Shown here piece by piece: positions 9,661 to 19,063 of a DNA stretch of 64,000 bases (positions within the stretch are counted from its first letter, which is position 1; each line of letters begins with the position of its first letter). Under the pieces are notes generated by a model. That model had not been told where the DNA came from and did not search any database. It saw only the letters and a list, made by a program, of their open reading frames with translations. Source of the stretch: Deinococcales bacterium (GTDB lineage: Bacteria; Deinococcota; Deinococci; Deinococcales; JAAFIG01); contig JAYWGM010000056.1 in NCBI GenBank assembly GCA_043778225.1, positions 1 to 64,000 on the forward strand, read 5' to 3'. The position numbers and the translations under genes are program-made.

Positions 9661-10429
9661 TCGAATACGGTTCACTCACCCGTTTATGAAAAGAAACCAC
9701 TTGGCTGTACCCTGCTTCTCGAGCTAGGCAAAGGGCGCTTTCAAAATGTGAACCCACAGCATCTGGACTGTGGGCATCTGAACCCAGTACCAATGGAATG
9801 TTTCTGCGGCTGGCTTGGCGTAAAAACTCGAGTGGCGGATGTGGTGCGCCTAACTGTCCACGCAATCCAGAAGTATTAAAGTCCAAGGCTAAACCGTGTT
9901 GGCTAATCGCATCTAAGGCAGGTTGTACCATCTCGAGGTGTCGGTCTGGAGCGACTGTCCAACGTCTGGGTAAGTCCAAATGCCCGATTGAGTCGTATAA
10001 TCCAGATTGTGCCGCCGCAATCACCAACTGATAGTAGTTTTTCCAATAGGACGTTAAATCTTTTTGGTCTGGTGGGCTACCATATGCCATTTCACCAACC
10101 CGATGGACACTGCCAATGATGTAATCCCACTCAAAATTGGTCAATAAATCTCGGCTAAAGGCTTCGATACCCGGTATAAAATCCATTTCGAGACCACAGC
10201 GAACCTCGAGGTCGTTGTTGCACAAGAGTTGCGTACCTTTAATCATATCGCGGTATGCCAAAAGGCTATTTTTGGTCAGCCGAACTTGACTATCTCTATC
10301 GTTTGGCAGTGGCATATGTTCGGTAAAACAAATTCCGCGCAATCCGACATGAACTGCTTCTAAAGCGTATTCGAGTGGCGCACCTGTGGCATGATGGCAA
10401 AGCGGCGTGTGAATATGCGAATCGAACAT
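9644..10429 (-). CDS. Histidinol-phosphatase HisJ family (PHP domain)
   Basis: DSHIHTPLCHHA, FTEH, IGSVH, GHLD, GSDAH. Confidence 0.88.
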   Translation of the reverse strand: MFDSHIHTPLCHHATGAPLEYALEAVHVGLRGICFTEHMPLPNDRDSQVRLTKNSLLAYRDMIKGTQLLCNNDLEVRCGLEMDFIPGIEAFSRDLLTNFEWDYIIGSVHRVGEMAYGSPPDQKDLTSYWKNYYQLVIAAAQSGLYDSIGHLDLPRRWTVAPDRHLEMVQPALDAISQHGLALDFNTSGLRGQLGAPHPPLEFLRQASRRNIPLVLGSDAHSPDAVGSHFESALCLAREAGYSQVVSFHKRVSEPYSIINMV

Positions 10430-10704
10430 GGTGCTAGTCTAACCGATGTCACCTTGGGTTAAAGACCCTTGGATTAAGCCATTTGGCTGAGGATTTTTTG
10501 TAAGCCTAGATAAAGTTTAACAAAGTCTGCATGGCGCAATACAAGAAACCTGTATCAACAACATCTGTGTCTTGACCCCAAAAAGCGCATCATACTCAAA
10601 GTGCTTTGAAGTCCAAAGCAATTTTTTTGTCAGTCTAACTTCCCGAGGTTGTGGGCTGACGAACCCCGGTGGGCGCATTTCCCACTGCCAAAGAGGTTCT
10701 CATC

Positions 10705-11715
10705 ATGAATCAAACCCTCGAACGTCAACCCTTCAACCTTTCCAGCTATAAAAAAGCCTACCTCTTTAAGAACATCAGTGGCGCTCTACCGATTATTGCT
10801 CGAGATTACGACCGCGCTTTTCGCCCAGATGCGGCTTACATCGCCAGCCTGCCCGACATGACCGAAACGGTTGGCGGCATAGATGGCGCAAATGTGGCGA
10901 TTCAACAGGTCGGTATCAGTGGCTTTAAGCTGCCGCTTAAATTTCGGGCATCCAATGGCGAATTGCATACCCTCGAAGCCAAAGTCACGGGTACAGTTTC
11001 ACTCGAGGCGGATAAAAAAGGCATCAATATGAGCCGCATCATCCGCAATTTTTATCAGCAGCGCCAGCAAGTTTTTAGCCTCAATTCTTTAGAGGGTATT
11101 TTGCACGATTACCATCAGAACATTGGTGGTTTTCAGGCTCGAGTCAAAATCGGTTTTTCCTTTCCACAACTTGTGCCGTCCTTACGCAGTGGACTCGAGG
11201 GCTACCAGTTTTACACCGCCAGTTATGAAGCCAGCCTAGACCGCCATGGCAGAGTTCGGCGTTATATCGAACTCGATTTTGTCTACTCAAGCGCCTGCCC
11301 TTGCAGTGCCGAACTTGCCGAACACGCCCGCGATACCCGTGGCGCATATGCGATTCCGCACAGCCAGCGCAGCAAAGCCAGAGTCAAAGTTGAAGTTTCG
11401 CCCGATATGGAATTGGCACTAGAAGATTTAATTAACCACCTGCGAAAAGCCCTTGTGACCGAAACCCAAGTGATGGTCAAACGCGAGGACGAACAAGCCT
11501 TTGCCGAACTCAATGGCGCTCATGTCAAATTTGTCGAGGATGCCGCCAGATTGGTCTACCAAGAACTTGAAGAAGACCTGCGAATCCGCGATTTCCAAGT
11601 CGTTTGTAGCCACCTCGAGAGTCTGCACTCGCACGATGCTGTTTCGGTTATCGCCAAGGGCGTACCCGGCGGTATGAGCGCCGAATTTACTGACTTTGCA
11701 ACCTTGGTCTGTTGA
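10705..11715 (+). CDS. folE2: GTP cyclohydrolase IB (FolE2)
   Basis: [40 protein letters not shown]. Confidence 0.93.
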   Translation: MNQTLERQPFNLSSYKKAYLFKNISGALPIIARDYDRAFRPDAAYIASLPDMTETVGGIDGANVAIQQVGISGFKLPLKFRASNGELHTLEAKVTGTVSLEADKKGINMSRIIRNFYQQRQQVFSLNSLEGILHDYHQNIGGFQARVKIGFSFPQLVPSLRSGLEGYQFYTASYEASLDRHGRVRRYIELDFVYSSACPCSAELAEHARDTRGAYAIPHSQRSKARVKVEVSPDMELALEDLINHLRKALVTETQVMVKREDEQAFAELNGAHVKFVEDAARLVYQELEEDLRIRDFQVVCSHLESLHSHDAVSVIAKGVPGGMSAEFTDFATLVC

Positions 11716-11720
11716 GAGCA

Positions 11721-11798
11721 AGGTTAAAAGGGAAAAAGGTCAAAGGGTAAAAAGGAGTGGAAATTTTTAACCTTTTTACCCTTTGACCTTTTTACCCT
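11721..11798. repeat. Inverted repeat built from RGGTNAAA octamers; probable bidirectional terminator or REP-like element
   Basis: Perfect 23-bp arms 11733-11755 and 11771-11793 between convergent genes. Confidence 0.8.
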
Positions 11799-11802
11799 GC
11801 CC

Positions 11803-13551
11803 TTAGTTGATGCTGCTCGAGGCTCGAGCCAGTTCAATTGGCACGGCGGGTGGCTCGATTCGCTCGAGAACCGTAAAGCCAAGGCGTTCGGCTTCTTCAA
11901 CAAAATAATTGATGTTTTCGGTTTTGGTGGTTTCGCCTAAACTGACCCGTTCAAAGGATTTATTGGCAGCAATAATCAGGGTTTCGGCAAGACAAGCTGG
12001 TACATTGCCTTTACCAAAGTCGAGTTTGCCATCTGCCCAGCCATTGGGGGCGGTCATGCCACCGGGCGGTTGGACGACCCCACCGGGAATCAGGCGCACA
12101 CCCGGTACAGTCAGCACACTTTCGTCAACATCGGCTGGGCGACCTTCGTCATAAATCCAAGCCCCGGGCTTGACATCCTTGGCAAAAACCACGGGGTTTG
12201 GGTCGGAAGTGGCGGTAAAAATCAGGTCGGCTTCTAAGCAATCGTGTGGCTCGAGGCTCGAGACAAACTTGGTTTTTGGATAGGCTTTCTCGAGCGTGGC
12301 GCGGCTTTTGTCAAGGCGGGTTAAATCGCGCCCAATTAAAATGACCTTGCCGACTTCGGGCGCAAGCATCCGCGCCATGCCAAAAGCGACCACCCCATTT
12401 GCGCCAACCACTGCCGCCGTCAGGTGCTTTAAGTCCTGCCCTTTGTTGCGCCAATGTTCCAAAATTTGCGGAATCGCGGCGCGGATGCTGCCAGCCGTGT
12501 ATGCCCCGCCATTGGTGACATGAATTTCTGGTACGGCGGCTTGAATCTCGAGTCCTTTTTTGCCAACTGTTCCCCAAAATGCACCCAGCCCGTAAACACT
12601 TGCGCCCAATTCTCGAGCCAAGCGTGCGCCTTGAATGGCACGCTTAACTGCCAGTTCGGGTTCGTTCTTAAAAACCTGTGGCAACAACGGACCAGTTAAT
12701 AAAATACAACGAATTTCCTTGCCATCGCTGGTGTACATTCCACGCAGTTCGCCAATTTTGAAGGGGCGAACTTGTTTACCAAGCCACTCGAGTTGTTTTT
12801 CAGAAATGATTTTATGGTCGTATAAGGGTTTTAGCCAAGCAAAGCGGTCAGACTTAAACATATACTGCGGCGCTAACGGGTGAATAATAAAAGCTGCAAT
12901 CACTTGGTCATCACGCTCGCCAGCCACATGATGGACTTCGCCAACTCGAGGCTCAGTTTGCTCGAGAATTCTGCCGATGTTTTCCTTAAAGCGCCACGCG
13001 GCGGCTACCAATAAACCCAGCACTGCCCAACGAGCGCCAAGTTCGGATGGCGAAAGTTGCATAATCAGCAGCAACGCCACCAAACCACTGAGCGTCCCAA
13101 CCGCCACATAGCGAGTCCAGCCCAGAACGGCGGCAAAAACAATCGCGGGAATGGCAGAAATCCAAAAAGGCATCTCGGCAAAAATCGCTAAACCCGCCAT
13201 CATCCCCAGTAAATAAACATTGCCTCGCCCACGCATTGGGTAATACTTGGGGAATAAAAACAACGGCGGATACTGATGCCCAACAAATCCCGCAAAAGCT
13301 GCGATAAAAGCCAGTTCGTTGCCTTCAAATGGAACAACCAGCGCCAGTACGACTGCACCTTTGAGGAAATCCAAGGCAAATGAAACAACCATTGTTTCGC
13401 CACCCAGTACCCGCAGCGCATTCTCAAAACCAATGTTATAAGCGTTGGCTCGCATTGGCTCGAGACCACGGTATTTGGCATACCAATAACCAAGCGGCAA
13501 AGCCCCAACAGCATAGGCAAGCAGCAGCGTCAAAAGAACATCTATTTGCAT
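11803..13551 (-). CDS. plsY: Glycerol-3-phosphate acyltransferase PlsY fused to an acyl-ACP-reductase-like NAD(P)-binding domain
   Basis: N-terminal NIGFENALR, DFLKG, GHQYP membrane domain; C-terminal AFIIHPL, GLGAF, VTNG..YT, VVGANG, ACLAET. Confidence 0.8.
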   Translation of the reverse strand: MQIDVLLTLLLAYAVGALPLGYWYAKYRGLEPMRANAYNIGFENALRVLGGETMVVSFALDFLKGAVVLALVVPFEGNELAFIAAFAGFVGHQYPPLFLFPKYYPMRGRGNVYLLGMMAGLAIFAEMPFWISAIPAIVFAAVLGWTRYVAVGTLSGLVALLLIMQLSPSELGARWAVLGLLVAAAWRFKENIGRILEQTEPRVGEVHHVAGERDDQVIAAFIIHPLAPQYMFKSDRFAWLKPLYDHKIISEKQLEWLGKQVRPFKIGELRGMYTSDGKEIRCILLTGPLLPQVFKNEPELAVKRAIQGARLARELGASVYGLGAFWGTVGKKGLEIQAAVPEIHVTNGGAYTAGSIRAAIPQILEHWRNKGQDLKHLTAAVVGANGVVAFGMARMLAPEVGKVILIGRDLTRLDKSRATLEKAYPKTKFVSSLEPHDCLEADLIFTATSDPNPVVFAKDVKPGAWIYDEGRPADVDESVLTVPGVRLIPGGVVQPPGGMTAPNGWADGKLDFGKGNVPACLAETLIIAANKSFERVSLGETTKTENINYFVEEAERLGFTVLERIEPPAVPIELARASSSIN

Positions 13552-13619
13552 GGTTTAATTATGCACCCTAAAAGCCATCCGTGCCAAGTTTTATATGCCG
13601 AAATACTCGATCACTCTAA

Positions 13620-15194
13620 TCAGGCTCGAACTTGATTTTTACCATTGCGTTTACCAACATAAAGCAGTTCATCGGCGGCGTTGAGCATTTTCTCAAAATT
13701 CTCGAGTTGCGTGTCGGCACAAACCCCAATGGTTAAAGTCACTTGTAAGCCCAAATGGACTTCATCCCAAGGGTAGGTTTCAAACCGCGTTCGCAAACGC
13801 TCACAAGCCCGAATGGCTGGCTCGAGGCTGGTGTGAATCACCAAAGCAAATTCTTCACCACCATAACGGGCGGCAATATCGCCAGTCCGTAGGCTGTCTT
13901 TGGCGAGTTTGGCGATAATTTTAAGCACTTGGTCGCCAACTGCATGACCATAGGTATCGTTGACTTGCTTAAAGGTGTCAATATCGAGCATTGCCACCGA
14001 CAATGGCTTATTTTCAGCTTTGGCTTCAAGAAACGATTTTTCGAGGTGCGTTTCTAAATAACGCCGATTGTGTAAGCCCGTTAGGGGGTCGCTGATGGCT
14101 TGCCACTCGAGTTGACTGACCAAATGCCCAAGTTCGACTCGCCGCATTCGCTCAAGTTCGGCTTCGGCTCGAGCGCGGTCGAGTTCGCGCTGGGTGCTGA
14201 TGGCGCTGAGTTGCCGCTCGGTGTCCAAGCGCCGCACTTCGCGTTCGATTTGATAAAAGGTTTTATGGTGTTTTAGCGCCAATTCAAATTGCTGATTCTG
14301 CTCATGGGCAGTACAAATACGTTGGTGAAATTGGGCTTCAAGGTCTTTCATGCTGTGGGTTTGGCAAAGCGCTAACCCAGACTCGAGGAAACCCAACGCT
14401 TTGTCGGGATTTTTTTGATGGAGGCAAAGTAAGCCCAAATTGAGACAGCAATAGGCAATGCCCTCAAAAACATCGTGTTCAAGAAAAACTTTTTTGGCAG
14501 TCAAGAGTAAATCCTCAGCCTCGCCAAATTGCTCGAGATGAATCAGGGCTTCGGCTAAATTGACTCGAATTTTTGTGGCGAGTTCAATCGCTTGGCTTTC
14601 TTGTGCCAACACCAGCGCTTGTCGTAAATTGACGGTTGCTTCAGTGTATCGCTCGAGTTTGATATAGGCATTACCAAGGTTATTGCGGGCTTCGGCAATG
14701 CGCCGAGAATCGCCAAGGTCGGTCGAACGTTGGATGGCTTCTAAACTGACCGATTCAGCTTCGGTCATGCGATCAAGCGAGTTATAAATATTACATAAAT
14801 TGATTAAATTAGAAACTTGCCCAGCCACGTCGTTGAGGTCTTTGTTGATTTGTAAAGCTGTTTGGGTGTATTCCAAGGCAGCTTGTAAGTTGCCAACGCT
14901 GGCAAAAGTAGCCGCTAAGACATTGGCAGCGTCGCGCTGTAAAGGTGCATCTTCAAATTCTCGAGCAATTTCAAGGGCTTGGGTTAGTTGACCAAGGGCT
15001 TCTATAAAATTTGACTGATTGCGTGCCAAAAATCCAAGGGTTCGCAAAGCATAACCACGTTGGGGTTCGTCTTGCTGGAGCGTGGCTAACTCGAGGGCTT
15101 GCTGGCTCAAGGCTTGACTGGTCTGCCAATCAGATAGACGACCCTCCCAAGCAGTTTGGTTGAGTTGTTGGACTGAAAGCTGGTTATTGTTCAT
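13620..15194 (-). CDS. TPR-repeat diguanylate cyclase
   Basis: TPR helices then DPLTGLHNRR, DIDTFKQVND.YGHAVGD, RYGGEEF. Confidence 0.92.
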   Translation of the reverse strand: MNNNQLSVQQLNQTAWEGRLSDWQTSQALSQQALELATLQQDEPQRGYALRTLGFLARNQSNFIEALGQLTQALEIAREFEDAPLQRDAANVLAATFASVGNLQAALEYTQTALQINKDLNDVAGQVSNLINLCNIYNSLDRMTEAESVSLEAIQRSTDLGDSRRIAEARNNLGNAYIKLERYTEATVNLRQALVLAQESQAIELATKIRVNLAEALIHLEQFGEAEDLLLTAKKVFLEHDVFEGIAYCCLNLGLLCLHQKNPDKALGFLESGLALCQTHSMKDLEAQFHQRICTAHEQNQQFELALKHHKTFYQIEREVRRLDTERQLSAISTQRELDRARAEAELERMRRVELGHLVSQLEWQAISDPLTGLHNRRYLETHLEKSFLEAKAENKPLSVAMLDIDTFKQVNDTYGHAVGDQVLKIIAKLAKDSLRTGDIAARYGGEEFALVIHTSLEPAIRACERLRTRFETYPWDEVHLGLQVTLTIGVCADTQLENFEKMLNAADELLYVGKRNGKNQVRA

Positions 15195-15444
15195 TATTTT
15201 TCTCGGCTCTGGCGCTATTTTAGTCGATTTTGGTTTTTTGTGACTGGTCAAATGAGCAACCTGCTTATGTACTTATTTTCAGGGTTAGAAATAAATTTCT
15301 GCTGTCTTAAAACGTAAAGATAATCTGTCTGGGATACAGAAGTTGCTTAGATATAGATGCCTTGCAAAACTTTGTAAGTTTATCAGACTTCTGACTGAAT
15401 TTGCTGTAAGAATTGTGTAACAGCATCAAACTATGATTGATAAC

Positions 15445-17223
15445 ATGAAAAGTCTGTTTCAACAATTACAAGTTCTGGCAATAGGTTGTATGCTTGTTTC
15501 TTGCAATGGCTTGACTCAAAATACGCCATCTACCGTTTCTGAGGCTGCCTATATCCTGACCGTCAAGTTTGGTCTGGCTGATACTGCCCAATCGCTCTTG
15601 AGTCGCTACGGTGGGCGAGTTTTATCACTCAGTCCAGAGGCTGGGTTTGCAATTTTGGCTGTTTCAAAAGCCCCAAGTGCCGACGATAGCTCAGTCACAA
15701 GCCTCGAGGTCAACCGCAAACTCGAGTCCACTGATGCGAAATTGAGTATTGACCAACCCAATCAAATTACACTGTCAGGGGCAAAAACAGGAATGTCTGT
15801 GGTCGGTATGAACGCTTGGGGTGCGTGGTCAAGTGGTTGGGGCGTATGGTCAAGCGCTTGGGGCGCATGGTCAAGCGGTACAAGTTTGCCGACTGCCCCC
15901 AGTCAGAATCCAGATGTGTCTTTTATGACTCGAGTTTCACGCGCTCACGCTATTGCTCGTAAATTTGGGGCTGGTGTAACTGTGGCGGTACTCGATACGG
16001 GCTTAGATATGACCCATTTAGGTCTTTTCGATAAACTTGTACCTCTCAATCGCCGATGGGACTTTGTGGATAACGACAACGACCCAAGTGAAGTCGTCGG
16101 AAATGGCTATGGTCATGGTACGGCGGTGGCTGGCTTGGTGCTACAAGTCGCGCCTAAGGCGACAATCATGCCATTGCGGGTTTTGGATAAAAACGGTCAG
16201 GGCGACCTTGATAATGTGATTACAGCTATAGATTTTGCAATAAAAAACGGTGCAAAAGTGATAAATATCTCACTTGGATCGACTGAATATGCAGAATCTC
16301 TGCGCCTGATGGTGCAGTATGCCAAGCAAAGTCAAGTCTATATCGTGGCTTCGGCGGGCAATCAAAAACGCCAAGACGAAGCTGATTATCCAGCCCGAAT
16401 GGCGGGTTGGACGGAGGGACAGGGGAGTCTATTTAGCGTCGGTAGCGTCAGCAGTAATGAAAATCTCTCGAGTTTTACCAATCGTGGCTCAGATGTGACT
16501 TTTTTTGCACCGGGCGAAAACTTAGTCTCTTTCGCCCCTAAGAACCGAATTCTAGCTGCTACTGGAACATCGTTTGCTGCACCTCTGGTTTCTGGTGCTT
16601 TGGCATTGGCATACAGCGAAGTCTCGAGTGTCACGACTCGAGCGAACCTAGGCAGTTATTTAATTCAAAGCCTAGAACAGCAAAGCCTCTGGTGGAAACA
16701 GTACAAAACCAGTTCGCCTTGGGTTCACAGCAATGGGCGCTTGGATGTTGAACGCTTTCTACTGACGCTTCCTGCTTTTAGTTCATTTACGCCACGTTCT
16801 GGGGCACTTGATTTGGTGGTCAATGGTGGATTCGAGAATAATTCCTTGAGTGGTTGGACAGTTGGATCGAACGCAAGAATCGAAACCGATACTGGAACAG
16901 GTGGAATTTTTTCTGGCAAAGCCAGCCTGATGTTTAGCAGCACCGGAAAAATTTATCAGCGCTTAAACAATCTACAACCCAACACGACTTATACACTCAA
17001 GGCGTGGGGGCGGGTTTTTTACACTGGTGACCGGGCAACCATCGGAGTTCGCAACAACGGTTCAACGGCTGTTGCTCGAGACATTACAGCTGTTGGGGCT
17101 TTTGAACAAGTTTCAATGACTTTTAAGACTGGTTTAATCAACACCAGTGCCGAAATCTACTTTGAAAAAACCATGGGTAATGGCTCGGCTGCCGCAGACT
17201 TGTTTATGGTTACAAAAAACTAA
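15445..17223 (+). CDS. S8 subtilase lipoprotein with C-terminal carbohydrate-binding-like domain
   Basis: Lipobox LVSC; DTG, HGT, GTSFAAP catalytic motifs; NGGFE...W C-terminal module. Confidence 0.9.
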   Translation: MKSLFQQLQVLAIGCMLVSCNGLTQNTPSTVSEAAYILTVKFGLADTAQSLLSRYGGRVLSLSPEAGFAILAVSKAPSADDSSVTSLEVNRKLESTDAKLSIDQPNQITLSGAKTGMSVVGMNAWGAWSSGWGVWSSAWGAWSSGTSLPTAPSQNPDVSFMTRVSRAHAIARKFGAGVTVAVLDTGLDMTHLGLFDKLVPLNRRWDFVDNDNDPSEVVGNGYGHGTAVAGLVLQVAPKATIMPLRVLDKNGQGDLDNVITAIDFAIKNGAKVINISLGSTEYAESLRLMVQYAKQSQVYIVASAGNQKRQDEADYPARMAGWTEGQGSLFSVGSVSSNENLSSFTNRGSDVTFFAPGENLVSFAPKNRILAATGTSFAAPLVSGALALAYSEVSSVTTRANLGSYLIQSLEQQSLWWKQYKTSSPWVHSNGRLDVERFLLTLPAFSSFTPRSGALDLVVNGGFENNSLSGWTVGSNARIETDTGTGGIFSGKASLMFSSTGKIYQRLNNLQPNTTYTLKAWGRVFYTGDRATIGVRNNGSTAVARDITAVGAFEQVSMTFKTGLINTSAEIYFEKTMGNGSAAADLFMVTKN

Positions 17224-17234
17224 GATTTAATTTT

Positions 17235-17340
17235 CTCGAGCCACAAAAATCGGTTCTCGAGTTACAAAATCGGTTCGGTTCTCGAGTTACAAATCCCATT
17301 CGGTTCTCGAGTTACAAAATCGGTTCGGTTCTCGAGGTAC
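17235..17340. repeat. Tandem ~25-bp array, each unit carrying CTCGAG
   Basis: CTCGAG at 17235, 17256, 17281, 17306 and 17331; unit CGGTTCTCGAGTTACAAAATCGGTT. Confidence 0.92.
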
Positions 17341-17349
17341 AATGTCGGT

Positions 17350-18120
17350 ATGAAATTCTTGGTGCTGGCATTTTTTTTATTTGGCTCGAGTGGACTGGCG
17401 CAAGGGAGCGACGCAGTTCCGCCGGGGCTGCTGGCGGCATTTTTGGCGGGTTTAATTTCGTTTTTGTCGCCATGTGTTTTGCCGCTTGTGCCTAGTTATT
17501 TGGCGGTGTTGGGTGGTGGCACTGGCAAAAAACCAGTTGTTGGAGCGTTACTTTTTATTTTGGGCTTTACGCTTGTTTTTATTTCTTTTGGGGCTGGAGC
17601 AAGTGCTTTGGGCAGCCTGATGCGCCAAAATAAAGATGTTTTGGGGCAAATTGGTGGGGCTTTAATTTTGGTTTTTGGCATTATTTTTTTAATCAAAGAC
17701 CGTGTTCCGTTTTTGAATCAAGAGTACCGTGCCGACCTTGGCAATGCCTCGAGATTTGGTCTGGTGGCACTTGGGGCAGCTTTTGGGGCTGGCTGGACAC
17801 CGTGCATTGGTCCAATTTTGGGCGTAATTTTAAGTATTGCTGGCTCGAGTGGCAATTTGGGGACTGGGGTCGGTTTATTGTTTGTCTACTCCTTGGGGTT
17901 GGCTGTTCCGTTTCTATTGGCGGCTTTGGCATGGGATAAAATTGGCTCTAGGTTTAAGAAAATGGGACGTTGGGTTGGCTGGGTCGAAAAAATAAGTGGC
18001 GTATTGTTAATTATTGCTGGATTGCTGCTGCTGACTGGAAACTATGCCGAAATAGGGCGGCAACTCCAAGCCTTTACCCCACAATGGCTTTTGGACTTTG
18101 AACGCAATTTCTTAAAATGA
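17350..18120 (+). CDS. ccdA: Cytochrome c biogenesis protein CcdA
   Basis: SFLSPCVLPLVP and GWTPCIGPIL; leaderless TACAAT-N6-ATG. Confidence 0.92.
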   Translation: MKFLVLAFFLFGSSGLAQGSDAVPPGLLAAFLAGLISFLSPCVLPLVPSYLAVLGGGTGKKPVVGALLFILGFTLVFISFGAGASALGSLMRQNKDVLGQIGGALILVFGIIFLIKDRVPFLNQEYRADLGNASRFGLVALGAAFGAGWTPCIGPILGVILSIAGSSGNLGTGVGLLFVYSLGLAVPFLLAALAWDKIGSRFKKMGRWVGWVEKISGVLLIIAGLLLLTGNYAEIGRQLQAFTPQWLLDFERNFLK

Positions 18121-18251
18121 TGTTGAAAATCTAACATCGCCCAAGCAATTCACAGCTTGCCTTCAGCTTAGGCTCAAATTAAAGTGTTTATCTTGAATCA
18201 CTGGCTGCAAGGTGCAAATCTAGCCCAGAATTTAGTTTGATGGAGATTCAC

Positions 18252-18977
18252 ATGAACCTTAAAAAAATTTGTACCCTTGGACTCGTGGCTTTTGGCATTT
18301 CGAGTGTTGCTCTTGCCGACGGATTCAGTGCCACACTCGATGCGCCAATTATTCCGACCAGTAACTTTTCGGTGCGGCTTGGCTTAAATTACAGCCTCGA
18401 GGTCAGCCCAAATTTGTTTGTTGGTGCAAGCCTAAACCCAACCATCACCCCCAGTGCCGCCAATGTTTTTTCTTTGAATGCTCGGATTGGTGCGAAGTAT
18501 GTGATCTTGCTTTATAAAGATTTCTCGAGTCTAGTCAATGGTTATGTTGGGGCTGGAATTGCCGCTTCAGTTGTGCCAACGCCATTTAACATCGGAGCAG
18601 ATGTCAATGCTGGTGTGTACGGATTTACGGCTTTGGGTGGTGGCTTTAAGCTGTACGGTGGAGCAGATGGTAAACTTGGTTATAACTTTACAATCGGCGC
18701 AATTGACTATGCCGCCATTGGTTACGTTGGTGTTTTTGTCGAACCATTGACCAGTCTTGAGTTGCGTTTGCAAGGCTCGGCGGGTGTGGTTGGAATTGGT
18801 AGTGCTGGTGCTGGTTTTTTTGCGGCTGGTAGCAGTTTGTATTACACCATCGTGCCACAATTTAAGGTTGGCATAACCGCTAACTACAATTCAAATGGCG
18901 CATTTGTCTTTGGGCTTGGTGCGTTGTTTGCCGAAAAACCTGGTACACTTGGCATTGCTGGTAACTACTTACCATAG
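18252..18977 (+). CDS. Secreted protein, probable outer-membrane beta-barrel
   Basis: Signal peptide (VALA-D); alternating Gly/aromatic amphipathic strands. Confidence 0.6.
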   Translation: MNLKKICTLGLVAFGISSVALADGFSATLDAPIIPTSNFSVRLGLNYSLEVSPNLFVGASLNPTITPSAANVFSLNARIGAKYVILLYKDFSSLVNGYVGAGIAASVVPTPFNIGADVNAGVYGFTALGGGFKLYGGADGKLGYNFTIGAIDYAAIGYVGVFVEPLTSLELRLQGSAGVVGIGSAGAGFFAAGSSLYYTIVPQFKVGITANYNSNGAFVFGLGALFAEKPGTLGIAGNYLP

Positions 18978-18990
18978 TTTTATGCTCGAG

Positions 18991-19018
18991 AAAGCGACAG
19001 CTTTAAGCTGTCGCTTTT
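18991..19018. terminator. Intrinsic terminator
   Basis: AAAGCGACAGCT-TTA-AGCTGTCGCTTT then T residues. Confidence 0.8.
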
Positions 19019-19063
19019 ACTTTGAGTTGGTTTTAAAACCGACAAAATTGTAGACTGATACCC

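Noticed and set aside
10656..10690. Hammerhead ribozyme suggested by CTGACGA
   Set aside because: The required GAAA after stem II is absent (GCAT instead), and stems I and III cannot be built
17235..17340. Possible CRISPR array
   Set aside because: 25-bp period with near-identical inter-repeat sequence, no unique 30-40 nt spacers and no cas genes
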